From an uncultured Planctomycetota bacterium (GTDB lineage Bacteria > Planctomycetota > Planctomycetia > Gemmatales > Gemmataceae): a stretch of DNA of 64,000 bases. Shown one piece after another: positions 1 through 11,773 of the stretch (position 1 is its first letter; every line of letters starts with the position of its first letter). The notes below the pieces were generated by a model. It was given only the letters and a program-made list of their open reading frames with translations, made no database searches and had not been told where the DNA came from. The position numbers were made by a program, and so were the translations under genes. The DNA lies in the NCBI GenBank assembly GCA_963849325.1, contig CAWKHF010000002.1, forward strand, positions 32,001-96,000, read 5' to 3'.

Positions 1-1504
1 CCAGGTACAGGTGTTCGACGACCTCCGCCGGCGCCTTGCCGGACTGGAGGACCGGCCCGATCATGCCAGCGTTGTTGAGCTGAGGCGAGTTCATCAGGCG
101 GAGCACCTGCGGGATGCCGGCCTGGTACTCGGTCGGGTCGGCGTTGTCGTCGCCCTTGAAGAAGTTGACGAACACCGTCCGCGGCGTGACATTGCGAAGG
201 CGGATGGCCATGGCTCCCTGGCGACGGCCCACGTTCCCCTGGCGAGGGACGCCGACGACTTGAATCAGGGAATCGTAGATTTGCTCCGGTGTGAAGACCT
301 TGACCGCCATGCGGCTAAACAATTCGGGTCCGGCGTCGCTGTTGCCGGCGATCGGTTTGCTCGTCCGCTGGTAGGACTCGCTGTTACATATGGCGCGGAG
401 GAGGGATTGGACGTCGAAGCCGCCGGCGGCGAACTGGTCGGAGAGGTCGGCCAAAAGCTGTGGATGCGACGGATGATTGCCGTCGTGCATGTCATCGACC
501 GGGTTGACGAGACCGCGGCCGAAGAATTGCGCCCACAGGCGGTTGACCATCGCTCGACTGAAGAAGGGGTTTTTCGGACTGGTCATCCAGTCGGCCAACA
601 CCGGACGGTAGGCGTCGCCGCTGTCGAGCTTGGGCTGCTCGCCTTGCAGGAACTTCGGCGGCAGGCGCTTGGCCGAGATCGGCAGACGCAACGGCCGGCC
701 CCGTCCGCTCTCGCCGACGTTTACCGTGCCGCCCTGCCGCGCAACCTGACGCGGATTGCCGTCGAAGCGCACCTTGGTGAAGAAGGCGGCCATGCCCCAG
801 TAGGCTTCCTGTTTCCACGACGTAAAGGGATGGTTGTGGCACTGGGCGCATTGCAGTTGTACGCCAAGGAATACGCGCGTGGCGTTATCCGTCAGCTTGT
901 CCGGCGTTTGGTTGGCCAGGAAGTAGACGACGGCGCCGTTCTTCTCCATGTCGCCTTCGGCGGTGACGATGTCGCGGACCATCCGGTCCCACGGCTTGTT
1001 TTGATTGAAGTTGTCTTCGAGCCATTTCGTCATCTTGTCGAAGGGGACGAAGCGGTTGTCGGAGGTGCGGGGCAGAAGGAGACTCTGCCAGATGTCGGCC
1101 TGATGCTTGCCGTAATCGCTGGAAGCGAGCAGTTCATCGATGAGCTTGGCGCGCTTGTTCGGCTCGCGGCTGTCGAGGAAGGTCGTGGCCTTGTCCACCG
1201 GCGGGATGCGGCCGGTGAGGTCGAGGTAGACGCGGCGAAGGAACTCGGCGTCCTCGCTGCGCGCTGAGGGGCTGACCTTCTCGGCCCGCAGGCGAGCGTC
1301 GATGGCCTCGTCGATGTGGTGCGCCAGTACATGGGCGTCCAGCTTGGCCCCCGCCGGCAGCGTGGAGGCGGGGGTTGCTTTCCCGCTTGGAGCGGGAGCT
1401 TTCTTGTTGGCGGCGTCGGTCGTGCCAGGGCCGGCGGCCAGGGCCAGCACGGCCAGCGGCAGGGCCAGGGAGGTCAATCGCATCGCTCCGGTGCGCCGTT
1501 CCAT
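1..1504 (-). CDS. DUF1549/DUF1553 domain secreted protein (runs off the left edge of the window)
   Basis: Manual minus-strand translation: signal peptide (MRLTSLALPLAVLALAAG), then [32 protein letters not shown] (DUF1549) and NPFFSRAMVNRLWAQFFGRGLVNPVDD (DUF1553). Confidence 0.85.
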   Translation of the reverse strand, partial: MERRTGAMRLTSLALPLAVLALAAGPGTTDAANKKAPAPSGKATPASTLPAGAKLDAHVLAHHIDEAIDARLRAEKVSPSARSEDAEFLRRVYLDLTGRIPPVDKATTFLDSREPNKRAKLIDELLASSDYGKHQADIWQSLLLPRTSDNRFVPFDKMTKWLEDNFNQNKPWDRMVRDIVTAEGDMEKNGAVVYFLANQTPDKLTDNATRVFLGVQLQCAQCHNHPFTSWKQEAYWGMAAFFTKVRFDGNPRQVARQGGTVNVGESGRGRPLRLPISAKRLPPKFLQGEQPKLDSGDAYRPVLADWMTSPKNPFFSRAMVNRLWAQFFGRGLVNPVDDMHDGNHPSHPQLLADLSDQFAAGGFDVQSLLRAICNSESYQRTSKPIAGNSDAGPELFSRMAVKVFTPEQIYDSLIQVVGVPRQGNVGRRQGAMAIRLRNVTPRTVFVNFFKGDDNADPTEYQAGIPQVLRLMNSPQLNNAGMIGPVLQSGKAPAEVVEHLYL

Positions 1505-1642
1505 AGGTCCATCTCCGATATCGATGTCCGAGAGCTATCCACCGTCAGCGGGTGGAGGGTATGAGTCTCTAACCCCGCCCCTGGGAGAAAGTTTCGCGGC
1601 GGAGGAGAATTTCGTTTGCCTTCCTTCTCAGGGGGCAATTCT

Positions 1643-1695
1643 CCGAGCCTGAAGCGTAAGCGAAGGATATGTCTTCGCTTACGCTTCAGGCTCGG
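1643..1695. repeat. REP-like palindrome (GAGCCTGAAGCGTAAGCGAA family), copy 1
   Basis: CCGAGCCTGAAGCGTAAGCGAAG...CTTCGCTTACGCTTCAGGCTCGG; second copy at 50739-50790. Confidence 0.85.
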
Positions 1696-1714
1696 ATGGG
1701 GCTGGGAAGCCGGC

Positions 1715-3927
1715 TCAATGCTGGAAAAGAAATTCCTTGTGATTGAGCAGTGCCCACAGGATGTCTTCGAGGGCGTGGCGGCGAGGGGATCCCGAGTGAC
1801 GGAGTTTATCGAGCAGGATACGACCTTCCTCCTCGCTGGGAGGACGGCCCAGGCTCGCGAGGAAAAGTTCTTCGATGATCTTCTCGTCGGGTAGACCCGA
1901 GGCAGCGAGACGGGCGGGGCGGCCGGCGGGGTCGCTCAGCAGAGCGTGGACCGTGCGTCCGGCGACGAGGTGAAGCGCTTGGCCGAGATTGGTGTCCGCA
2001 TCGCGCTCGCACTCGCAGACCATGGCGCGAGCGGGCCGGCCGAACGCCTCCAGGAAGGGATGCTTGTACTCGCCATCCGGCAGGGTCGTTGCGAGCGTGC
2101 CGAGAGGAAAGCCGGGGAACTTCACCGCCGTCCTCGTCGCCGAACTGATGGCGTCAAGCAGCTGTTCCGCTTGCAGCAGGCGCACGCGGGCATGGGAGAA
2201 ATACTTGCCATCCTCGGCATTGCCCGGCGTCGGGGTCGAGCTGAGCTGGTAGGTCCGTGAGGTGACGATGGTGCGAATCAGGTATTTGCGGTCGTAGCCG
2301 TGGCGGACGAAGTCGGCGGCCAAGGCGTCGAGCAGTTCTTCGTTGACCGGCAGGTTCGTGCCGCGGAAGTCATCGACCGGCTCGACGATGCCCTGGCCGA
2401 ACAGGTGATACCAGATGCGGTTGACAGCGTTGCGGGCGAAGAAGGGATTGTCGGGACTGGTCAGCCAGCGCGCCAGCACCTCGCGGCGATCCTCGCCCGG
2501 CCCGAGCACGGCCACAGGTCCGCCAAGGAAGCGCGGCGCGACCACCTGCCCGCTGCGCGGATGGACGACCTCGCCTTCGCGGGCCTCGTAGACCGTCTCT
2601 TCCTTGTCGTAGATCTGCACGAAGAAGGGACCATCGCGGTAGCGGACGCGCGCGAAGAACGCGGCCAGGCCGTAGTAATCGTCCTGCGTCCAGCGTTCGC
2701 CGGGGTGGTTGTGGCAACGAGCACAGCCGATCCGCACGCCGAGAAAGAGCTGGGCAACCTCCTCGGCCCGCACTTGCGGATTGCGCAGGCGGCGGTAAAA
2801 GCCGGCCGGTGGATGACTGTAATTGCCGCCGCGTCCCACGACGATACCGCGAGCCAGTTCGTCTTCGGGCACGTTGGCGAGCATCGCCTGCCGAATCCAT
2901 TCGTGATACTTGTGCGCCCCGATCTTGCCGACGAAACGCTGGTTGCAACCCAGTCGATCCGCCCACTTCGAGCGCCCACCAGTCGGCAAACTCCGGACGT
3001 TCCAGTAGCGCATCCGTCAGCTTCTCGCGCTTGCGGGGATCGCGGTCGGCGAGGAAGCGGCGAACCTCGTCGGGCGTCGGCAGTTTGCCGATGATGTCGA
3101 GATACACTCGCCGCAGGAACTCGCTGTCGTCGGACAAGGGCGACGGTCCCAGGCGCAGCAGGCGCAGCTTGGTGAAGACGTGGTGATCGATGTAGTTGTG
3201 CTCCGGCGGCGCCCGCCAAACGAAGCCGGGCGCGGCATCGCGGAAAAGGAGGCGAGCCGTGGCCATGTGGCCGAGGTATTCCGCCGTGACCGCCACCTCG
3301 CCGGCTTGACGTTTTTCCACGAGGCCATCGGAGCTGACTACGGCGATTGCCTCGTCGTTGACGCCGAAGCGCGTCAGGTGCGTGACGTTGCGCTGCGAAC
3401 CATCGCCGTAGTGGGCAATGACGCGGAGGGGTTGGCGGGTCGCCGGCTCGTCGAGGAGGACGCGGGCCGGAGACACTTCCAGGCGTTCGAGCGCCGCGGC
3501 GTGGGCCGAATCATCGCGGGCGCCCTCGGCGATCCAGCGGAGGAGCAGGTTGTACGGACGATCGCCGAGCGTCAGTCGTTGACCGCCCTCGTGCGGCACC
3601 TCGCCGGTGGCCTTGCGGAGAAGGAGGCTGACGGCCGGTTCCAGCAGGTCCAATCGGCGGCGCACGAACTTCGCGCGTCAGGGTGAGGATGTCGAGGGCG
3701 GGATCGTAGCCGCGCAGGCTGAGACGAAAGCCGTTCTTGCCGCTGGGCGTACCGTGACAGGTGCCGGCGTTGCAACCGGCCCGCGTCAAAAGGGGTCCGA
3801 CGTCGTGCCGGAAGCTAACCGGCCGGAGTTCGTTTGCCGCCCGGACGCCCGGCGAAGGGACGACGGACAGCAGTGCGAAACAAGCGGCGGAGGCCAGCAC
3901 ACGAGGACGGAGGGACAATCGAATCAT
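1715..3927 (-). CDS. DUF1549/DUF1553 domain protein with N-terminal cytochrome c-like/Ig-like region (frameshifts near 3665 and 2975)
   Basis: [63 protein letters not shown]-terminal [17 protein letters not shown] spread over three ORF frames. Confidence 0.85.
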
Positions 3928-4104
3928 GTTGCTACTCACCACGACGTCCGCGGATCGGCCCGCCGTACCCGCGAGGGACTCGTTCTCTTCCGTGCATCCT
4001 AGCTTGCCCGTGGCCGATTCACAACGCCCTTGCATTGACCCAGGCCCCGGCCAATAATCGAACGAAGGTGTGAAGCGTTCGTCCTGCCTCCTCGGGAGTA
4101 TCCT

Positions 4105-5478
4105 GTGCCTTCTCGCGATCGCATCGGCTGTGCGGACTTTCAGCGCGCGAAACTGAGCCGCCGCGCCGTGCTGAAAGTGGGCGCTTTGGGGCTGGCCGGG
4201 CTGAGCCTGCCGTCGCTGCTCGCCGCCGAGGAACGGCCGCGGAAAAGGAGAGCGAGCGCACGCAGCGTCATTTTGCTGTTCCAGTTTGGTGGGCCGAGTC
4301 ACCTGGACACTTTTGATCCGAAGCCCTCCGCGCCCAGGGAAATCCGCGGCGAATTCGCCGCGATCCCGACGCGCGTGCCCGGCATCGCGGTCAGCGAGCA
4401 CCTGCCGCGCCTGGCCCGGATCGCCGACACTTTCGCCCTCGTCCGCAGCGTCCACCATACCCGCTCCAGTCACAATCCCGGGGCGAATTACTCGCTGACC
4501 GGGCGCGAGCCACTTAATGCCCTGGTAACGGCCAACGCCTCGGCCACCGACTTTCCCCACCCCGGCTCGGTCGTCGATTACCTCGACCGCAGTGCGCGGA
4601 AGGTGCCGGCGTTCGTGTCGCTGCCGACGATGATCGCCGATGGGCCGTTCCGCACGCCCGGCGAGTTCGCCGGCTTCCTCGGCAAGATGTACGATCCGTT
4701 GTGGGTGCTCGCCGATCCCAACGCCACGGACTTCAACGTCGAGCAGCTGACGCTGCCGTCCGAGCTGGACGTCGAGCGCGTCCACGAACGGCGCTCGATC
4801 TTGCGGGAGCTGGATGCGAAAAGTCGGATGGCCGATCGCGTGGCCGCGGTCCAGGGGATGCAAGCGTATCGCGGCCGGGCGATCGACCTGCTCACCTCGC
4901 CGGCGACGCGCCAGGCGTTCGCCCTGCACGAAGAGAGCGATCGGCTGCGCGACCGCTATGGCCGAACGGCTTACGGTCAGAGCGTGCTCCTGGCGCGGCG
5001 GCTGGTCGAGGCGGGCGTGCGCTTCGTGACCGTGTATTACTCGCGTGGCATCAGCGGCTGGGACACGCACAAGGCCAACTTTGCCACCCTCAAGAACAGC
5101 CGACTGCCGCACACCGATCAGAGCGTATCCGCCTTGCTCGAAGATCTGCAAACGCGCGGTCTGCTCGGCGAGACGCTGGTGTACTGGACCGGCGATTTCG
5201 GCCGGACACCGAAGATCAACAAGGACGCCGGCCGCGATCACTGGCCCAAGTGTCAAACGGTGCTGATGGCCGGCGGCGGCATTCGCGGCGGTCAGGTGTA
5301 TGGCGCTTCCGACGCCATCGGCGCCGTCCCCATCGACCGGCCAGTTCGGCCCGACGATATCACCGCCACGTTGTTCCACGCCCTCGGCATCGATCCCGAG
5401 ACGATCATCCGCGATCAGCTGCACCGGCCCATGCCCATCTCGGCGGGTCAGCCGATCCACGCGCTCTTCGGTTCGTGA
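4105..5478 (+). CDS. DUF1501 domain protein
   Basis: SRRAVLK twin-Arg-like leader, [46 protein letters not shown]. Confidence 0.9.
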   Translation: MPSRDRIGCADFQRAKLSRRAVLKVGALGLAGLSLPSLLAAEERPRKRRASARSVILLFQFGGPSHLDTFDPKPSAPREIRGEFAAIPTRVPGIAVSEHLPRLARIADTFALVRSVHHTRSSHNPGANYSLTGREPLNALVTANASATDFPHPGSVVDYLDRSARKVPAFVSLPTMIADGPFRTPGEFAGFLGKMYDPLWVLADPNATDFNVEQLTLPSELDVERVHERRSILRELDAKSRMADRVAAVQGMQAYRGRAIDLLTSPATRQAFALHEESDRLRDRYGRTAYGQSVLLARRLVEAGVRFVTVYYSRGISGWDTHKANFATLKNSRLPHTDQSVSALLEDLQTRGLLGETLVYWTGDFGRTPKINKDAGRDHWPKCQTVLMAGGGIRGGQVYGASDAIGAVPIDRPVRPDDITATLFHALGIDPETIIRDQLHRPMPISAGQPIHALFGS

Positions 5479-5556
5479 GGTAAGATGAAATAACTCTGCG
5501 CTGAATCGCGCCGGGGAACGAGCACGACTGGGACGACTGCCGCAAGGACAACGCTC

Positions 5557-7203
5557 ATGGCCCCGCAAGTCCGCGCCCTGTTCGCCGCCGTCTGCTGGAG
5601 CACAGCCGCCGCTGCGCCGGTCCTGGCCGTGGAACCGGCCGGCGACGAGCAACTCCTGCGCTCGGCCGGCCTCGCCACCGATGACGCCGCTCTGCTCGAC
5701 TTCTTCCGCAAGCAGACCACCGGCGAGGAGCTGCATCGGCGGACGCAGACGCTGATCGGACAGCTGGGCGCCGACTCCTTCCTGGTGCGCGAGAAGGGGA
5801 GCGGTGAACTCGTCATCCTGGGGCCGGCGGTGGTTCCCTTGCTGCGTCAGGCGATCCGCGACAATCCGGACCTCGAGGTGCGCCGCCGCGCCCGCGCTTG
5901 CGTCGAACAGATCCGGATGGATCGTCCGTCGTCCATCGCCGCGGCCGCCGCCCGACTTCTGGCCGTGCGCCAACCCGACGGCGCGGCCGAGACGTTGCTG
6001 GCCTTCCTGCCCGGTCCTTACGACGACGACGTAGTCGAGGAGGTCCAGGCGGCGCTGGTCGCCCTTGCTCGCGGCGATGGCCGGCGCAATCCACTCTTCG
6101 TCGCCGCGTTGACGTCCGCGACGCCGGCGCAGCGGACGGCCGCCGCCGTTGCCCTTTGTCGCGCCAGCCCCATCGAAGACAGGTCCTCCGTGCGGCGATT
6201 ACTTCAGGACAAGGAAGCCAGTGTCCGCTTGCCGGTCGCCCGAGAACTGGCAATCGCCGGCGAGAGGGATGCCGTGCCCGTGCTGATTGAGTTGCTGGCG
6301 CAGCTGCCTGCAAGGCAGGCGGCGCAGGCCGAGGAGCTTCTCTATCGGTTGGCCGGACCCGCTGCGCCGCAGGTCTCGCTCGGTGACGAGCCGGCCGCGC
6401 GTCTGCCGTGCCGCGATGCCTGGCGGCGCTGGTGGCGCGACGAGGGCGGTCACGTCGCCCTGTCCGTGCTGAAGGACGCGGAGCGCCTGCTCGGTTATAC
6501 GCTGCTCGTGCTGCTCAACGACAACCGCGTTGTCGAATGGGACCGCGAAGGCAAGCCGCGCTGGCAGATCAAGGGACTCGCTTCGCCGCTAGACGCCGAG
6601 GTGCTGCCCGGCCAGCGCGTGCTCATCGCCGAGCACGACACCAAGCGCGTCACCGAACGCAACTTCCAGGGCGAGATCCTGTGGGAGAAAAAGCTGGGCG
6701 AATCGCCGATCCACGCCCAACGGCTGCCGGGCGGCGTCACCTTCATCGCCACGCGGAGCCGGCTGCTGGAAGTGGATCGCTCCGGCACGAAAGAGGTCGT
6801 CCGCTATCGCTCGGACCACAACATCATCACGGCCCGGCGCTTCTCCGATGGCCGGGTCGGCTGCATTGAGAAGGGCGTGTATTTCGAGCGCGACGCCGAC
6901 GGTAAGGAACGGAGACGCTTCGCGGTCAGCCGAGGCGTCTTCACCACCAACGCGCTGACGCTGTTGCCCAACGGAAACCTCCTCATCGCGGCCTACGGGG
7001 GCGGCATCGTCCAGGAGTACGATCGCGCCGGCAAGGTTGTCTGGGAAGTCCGCCTGGGCCGGCCGCTGTGCGCCGTGCGGTTGCCCGGCGGTCACACGCT
7101 CGTATCCAGTCAAGACATGGTGCTGCTGGAGTACGATCGTGCGGGGAAGGAGGTCGCACGGCACGCGGCCCCGGGGCACCCCTGCCAGGTTCGCCGCCGC
7201 TGA
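5557..7203 (+). CDS. Secreted HEAT-repeat plus beta-propeller (PQQ-like) protein
   Basis: Signal peptide; HEAT-like [28 protein letters not shown]-terminal repeats [22 protein letters not shown]. Confidence 0.7.
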   Translation: MAPQVRALFAAVCWSTAAAAPVLAVEPAGDEQLLRSAGLATDDAALLDFFRKQTTGEELHRRTQTLIGQLGADSFLVREKGSGELVILGPAVVPLLRQAIRDNPDLEVRRRARACVEQIRMDRPSSIAAAAARLLAVRQPDGAAETLLAFLPGPYDDDVVEEVQAALVALARGDGRRNPLFVAALTSATPAQRTAAAVALCRASPIEDRSSVRRLLQDKEASVRLPVARELAIAGERDAVPVLIELLAQLPARQAAQAEELLYRLAGPAAPQVSLGDEPAARLPCRDAWRRWWRDEGGHVALSVLKDAERLLGYTLLVLLNDNRVVEWDREGKPRWQIKGLASPLDAEVLPGQRVLIAEHDTKRVTERNFQGEILWEKKLGESPIHAQRLPGGVTFIATRSRLLEVDRSGTKEVVRYRSDHNIITARRFSDGRVGCIEKGVYFERDADGKERRRFAVSRGVFTTNALTLLPNGNLLIAAYGGGIVQEYDRAGKVVWEVRLGRPLCAVRLPGGHTLVSSQDMVLLEYDRAGKEVARHAAPGHPCQVRRR

Positions 7204-7279
7204 GGCTAACCCTCTCGCGCCTACAATAACGAGTGGATCGATGCGGACGGACCGAGAACAAGAACGAACAGGAGTAGCA

Positions 7280-7690
7280 ATGGAAGAGAAAATCCACAAG
7301 AGCGAGGAAGAATGGCGCTCATCACTGACCGAGGCACAGTACCAGGTGACGCGCCGCAAGGGCACCGAACGAGCGTTTCAGAACGAATACTGGAACAACC
7401 ACGCGGACGGCATCTATCGCTGTGTCTGCTGCGGCCAACTGCTGTTCGACGCGGCAACGAAGTACGATTCGGGCACCGGCTGGCCGAGTTTCTGGCGACC
7501 GGAGGACGACCACAACGTCTCGCTGCACGAGGACCGCAGCGGCTTCGCAGTCCGCACCGAGGTCTGTTGCAGCCGCTGCGAAGCGCACCTCGGACACGTC
7601 TTCGAGGACGGACCCGCGCCGACCGGCCGGCGCTACTGCATGAACTCCGCCGCCTTACAGTTCATACCACGGAGAAGTGAAAAAACCTAA
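7280..7690 (+). CDS. msrB: Peptide-methionine (R)-S-oxide reductase
   Basis: GTERAF, CVCCG, KYDSGTGWPSF, HLGHVFEDGP..GRRYCMNS; GGAG RBS before ATG 7280. Confidence 0.95.
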   Translation: MEEKIHKSEEEWRSSLTEAQYQVTRRKGTERAFQNEYWNNHADGIYRCVCCGQLLFDAATKYDSGTGWPSFWRPEDDHNVSLHEDRSGFAVRTEVCCSRCEAHLGHVFEDGPAPTGRRYCMNSAALQFIPRRSEKT

Positions 7691-7692
7691 TC

Positions 7693-7784
7693 ACCACGGA
7701 ATACACGGAAAAGACGGAAAAAAGACAAAAGAACACACTCGATACTCTCTTTTTTTTATCCGTGTTATCCGTGTTATCCGTGGT
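7693..7784. repeat. Imperfect inverted repeat of about 9-bp units (ACACGGAAT / ATCCGTGTT); possible terminator between convergent genes
   Basis: ACCACGGAATACACGGAAAAGACGG ... ATCCGTGTTATCCGTGTTATCCGTGGT. Confidence 0.7.
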
Positions 7785-7797
7785 TAATGATTTTCCC

Positions 7798-8988
7798 TCA
7801 GCCGAGGGAGCGGTAGACGGCATCGACCAGGCTCTGGCCGCGCTCGTTCAGACAAACGCCGCGGCCCTGCTTGTTCATCGTGTAGCCGAACGACATCCGC
7901 GCTGCGGGATCGGCGAAGCCGAGCGAGCCGCCCATCCCCGGATGACCGAACGCTTCTTCCGGCAAGATAATGCTGTCCCGCGCCCCCGGCGGTCCCCGGC
8001 GGTTGTCCGACGACTTCCAGAAACCCAGGGCGATCCGCAGACCAATCAGCAGCGTCGCATCGACGCCAATGGCCGAACTGACGGCGCTCATTTGCTTCAA
8101 TGTGTCCGCATCCACGAGGCGGCCGCCGCCCTGGGCCAGAGGCGCGTACATCCCCGCCAGGCCGCGCGCATTGGTGACGCCGCCCTGGCTAGGAAGGACC
8201 GCCTGATGGGCCTCGCGGGAATCGTGATCGCCAGCCGCCGTGCGCCGGCCGCTGTTCTTCACGGTCAATGCCTGGATGCTCGCCGGATCGTCGGCCATCC
8301 GCGCCAGGAAGCGCGAACGCGGCTCTCGTGGCGGCGGGGGATCGGCGCGAATCGTCGGCGCGATGCGCGGTTCGTGCTCCTCCGGCAAACCGATGTGGAA
8401 ATCGAGTCCGAGCGGTCCCGCCACTTCCTCGCGGAAAAAGGCGTCGAACGGCCGGCCGGACACGCGCCGCACCACCTCGCCAACGAGATGGCCAAACGTC
8501 GTCGCATGATAACCCTGCCGCGTGCCCGACTCCCAGAACGGCGCCTCGGCGGCGAGCACGTCAATCATGTACGGCCAATCGTATAACCCACCCGGCCGCA
8601 GCGGTTGGCGGATAGCCGGCAGCCCCGCCTGGTGATCGAGCAACATGCGGACGGTGATGCCGTCTTTGTCGGCTTGCGCGAACTCCGGCCAGTAGTGGGC
8701 GACGGGCCGGTCCAGGTCGAGCCGTCCGCGCGAGCCGAGCATGTGCGCACACAAGGCCGTTGCGCCCTTGGTGCAGGACCACACCAGGCCAATCGTGTCT
8801 CTCTCCCACGGTCGCCTCGTGTGGCGATCGGCCAGTCCGCCCCAGAGATCAACGACGGTTTGACCGTCGATCATCACGCAGACGGAGGCGCCGACCTCGC
8901 CGCGCTCGGCGAAGTTGCGCTCGAACTCGTCGCGGACGCCTTGAAAGCGAGGATCCCATGTCCCGTGGATGGACGTCGTGGATGCCAT
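7798..8988 (-). CDS. Serine hydrolase, beta-lactamase/EstB family
   Basis: SCTK (SxxK), LLDHQAG, GYH, FGHPGMGG motifs. Confidence 0.9.
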   Translation of the reverse strand: MASTTSIHGTWDPRFQGVRDEFERNFAERGEVGASVCVMIDGQTVVDLWGGLADRHTRRPWERDTIGLVWSCTKGATALCAHMLGSRGRLDLDRPVAHYWPEFAQADKDGITVRMLLDHQAGLPAIRQPLRPGGLYDWPYMIDVLAAEAPFWESGTRQGYHATTFGHLVGEVVRRVSGRPFDAFFREEVAGPLGLDFHIGLPEEHEPRIAPTIRADPPPPREPRSRFLARMADDPASIQALTVKNSGRRTAAGDHDSREAHQAVLPSQGGVTNARGLAGMYAPLAQGGGRLVDADTLKQMSAVSSAIGVDATLLIGLRIALGFWKSSDNRRGPPGARDSIILPEEAFGHPGMGGSLGFADPAARMSFGYTMNKQGRGVCLNERGQSLVDAVYRSLG

Positions 8989-8989
8989 T

Positions 8990-9298
8990 CTAAATGCGGG
9001 GTTGAACGCCCTCGGCTTCGACGCAACAGCGCAGGGCCGCCAGCAGCCGGTCGGCGTCATCCGGCGAACGAATGTCCTGCTGGAACAAGGCGCTGGCCCC
9101 ATGTACGCAGCACACGGAACCGGCGTGTTCGCAACGATCCATGCACTCGGTCTCGACGACGCGGAGCTTGTAGGGAAGGCCGGACTCCTCGACCTGACGC
9201 TTGATCCACTTGCGCGGCGGTTCGTCGCACACGCGGCGCCAGGCCTTGCGGCAGTCCTTGCCGGTGCAGAGGAACACCATCACGGATGTCTTGCTCAT
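8990..9298 (-). CDS. Thioredoxin-like [2Fe-2S] ferredoxin domain protein
   Basis: FLCTGKDC...TECMDRC Cys spacing; GGAGG RBS. Confidence 0.7.
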   Translation of the reverse strand: MSKTSVMVFLCTGKDCRKAWRRVCDEPPRKWIKRQVEESGLPYKLRVVETECMDRCEHAGSVCCVHGASALFQQDIRSPDDADRLLAALRCCVEAEGVQPRI

Positions 9299-9333
9299 CG
9301 GCGGACCTCCTCCGAGATGTCACTGCCTTCATT

Positions 9334-10863
9334 CTATCCCGCCGCTGTCTTCGGAAGGTACTCGTTTCGGAGCAGCCGTGGAGGATGGTGCAGTAACTCG
9401 GGGTGGAACAGACCGAGGCGCGTGCGCCGCAGCAGGAAGTCGGCGGGCGCCAGCGCCATCTCGTGGTCGCGTTGGTAGGCGAACTCGGCGAGCAGGTCCG
9501 GTTCCTCGGCCACGACACGCCGCCCCAGCGCGGCGTCGCGGTCGAGGTAATCCACAACCTCCACGGCACGCCGCCCATAGCGTTCGACAAGATGGCGGGC
9601 GGTTTCATCGCCGAGGTGGTGTCGTGCGGACAGGGAGGAGATCGCCGCCGGCGCGAAGCGCTCCCACGACTGTTCCGGAGCGCCGTCCAGGCGGAAGGAG
9701 CGTGTGCGACAGGGCCGCGACAGGCCGAGGCGACGCACAACCGTATCGGTGATGATCTCGGCCATGTGTCGATAGGTCGTGTACTTGCCGCCAGCGACGG
9801 TCAGCAATCCCGAAGGCGACGTATGAATCTGGAACTCGCGCGACAGGTCTGATGGCTCGCCCGGCCGCGCTCGGATCAGGGGCGCAGGCCGGCGAAGGAG
9901 CCAAGCACGTCCGCGCCGGACAGCGGCGGGGCGAAGTAGTGATTGAAGCCGTCCAGCAGGTACGCCCCGTCGGCCGGCGTGACGCGCAGGTCATCGGGCG
10001 AATCGTCGCAGGCGGTGTCGGTGGTGCCGAGTAGGGTCTTGTGCAGCCAGGGGATGACGAAGAAAACGCGGCCGTCGGCGGGGTGCAGCAGCAGGAACGC
10101 CGCCGACAGGCCGCGATCCGCCGCGATCAAGTGTACGCCCTTCGTCGGCCGCAGCAGCGGCCCGCCCTCGTCGCCGGCCAGGCGGCGCACGGCATCGCCC
10201 CACGGGCCGGTGGCGTTGAGCACCTGGCGAGTGGCTATCACCATCTCGCGGCCGCCGCGATGATCCAGCGCCCGCACCTCGCCCGCGGCGCTCGAAGCCG
10301 ATCGCCTCGACGTAATTGGCCACCATGGCGCCATGCAGCGCCGCCGTGCGCAGCACCTCCAGGCACAGGCGAGCGTCGTCCATCTGGGCGTCGAAATACT
10401 CCGCCCCGCCTTGCAGACTCATCGGTTGCAATCCGGGGAACTCGCGGCGCAAACGGGACAGTGCGAACGCCCGGCTGCGGCGAATGTTGCGGCCACCGGC
10501 GAGGAGGTCATAAAGGACGAGGCCGATCCGGAATTTCCAGGATGGCACGCGGGCCGCATTGTAGAAGGGCAGTACGAAGCGCAACGGCCGGACCAGGTGC
10601 GGCGCATTGCGCAGCAGCCGGCCACGTTCGTGCAGGGCTTCGTAGACCAGGTGGAAGTCGCCGTGTTCCAGGTAGCGCAGGCCGCCGTGGATGAGCTTGG
10701 ACGAGAGACTGCTGGTGCCGGAGGCGAAGTCGCCCTTGTCGATCAGAGCGACGCGCAGGCCGCGCAGCACGGCGTCCAGCGCGACGCCGGCGCCGGTGAT
10801 GCCGCCGCCGAGGATGAGCAGATCGAAAGGTCCGTCCGTGAGCGCCTCCGCCATCCGTCTCAT
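9334..10863 (-). CDS. glpD: FAD-dependent glycerol-3-phosphate dehydrogenase (frameshifted in assembly)
   Basis: DLLILGGGITGAG, GTSSLSSKLIHGGLRYLE, DDARL, NATGPW, KGVHL, GTTD, GGKYTTYR across three frames. Confidence 0.9.
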
Positions 10864-11094
10864 ACACTTTCTCCCGCGCGGCTGGTTTTGTCGTCCAAGG
10901 AGTTGGCCGGCAACATCGTAGTCAAACGCCGCCGATCCGCCAACCGCGACCTTCCGCGAGCGATGCCGAGCAAGACGGCGAACACGACGCTCCACCTGAC
11001 CGGGGCCGCCATCACGGTTTTGCGCGATAGAATACGCTTGCAACGGTAATGGTCTTTTCGGCCCTCTATCATCGAATGGAAGGAGAAAAAATCC

Positions 11095-11574
11095 GTGCCC
11101 ATCCAAAAAATTACGCCCTTCCTGTGGTTCGATCGTCAGGCGGAAGACGCGGCCGGCTATTACGTGTCGATTTTTCCGAATTCAAAGATTATCAAGGTAG
11201 TCCGCTACGGCGACGCCGGTCCTGGCCCGGCCGGCTCGGCGATGACCGTGGAGTTTCAGCTGGAGGGCCAGTCGTTTGTCGCCCTGAATGGTGGGCCCCA
11301 CTTCCACTTCACGGAAGCGATCTCTTTTGTGGTGAATTGCCAAACGCAGGACGAAGTGGATACCTACTGGGACAAGTTGTCGGCGGGAGGAGTCCAGGTC
11401 CAATGTGGCTGGCTCAAGGACAGGTTCGGGTTGTCGTGGCAAATCGTGCCGACCGTGCTGTTCGAATTGTTGAACGATCCCGACCCGGCAAAATCCCAGC
11501 GCGTCATGAAGGCGATGTTGACGATGAAGAAGCTCGACATCCACGCGCTGAAGCAAGCCTACGAAAAAACGTGA
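11095..11574 (+). CDS. VOC/PhnB-like family protein
   Basis: QKITPFLWFD.QAEDAA.YY, ALNGGP.F.F.EAISF, CGWLKDRFGLSWQIVP. Confidence 0.9.
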   Translation: MPIQKITPFLWFDRQAEDAAGYYVSIFPNSKIIKVVRYGDAGPGPAGSAMTVEFQLEGQSFVALNGGPHFHFTEAISFVVNCQTQDEVDTYWDKLSAGGVQVQCGWLKDRFGLSWQIVPTVLFELLNDPDPAKSQRVMKAMLTMKKLDIHALKQAYEKT

Positions 11575-11773
11575 GACGAGGGTCGCGCCGGCCAGCGTCA
11601 CCCATCGCATCCCTTCCCTGGAGGTCGCATGGGCCGCCTGCGCATTATCGTTCCACACCGCGAGGGCGGCACGTGGGGATCGGGCGTTCCTCTTGCCAAG
11701 CGCGAGCCATCCCGTTAACTGACAGAAACGTCCGGCGGCCCTGGGCCGCTTCCTCGCCCGGGGAGGGAGACGA

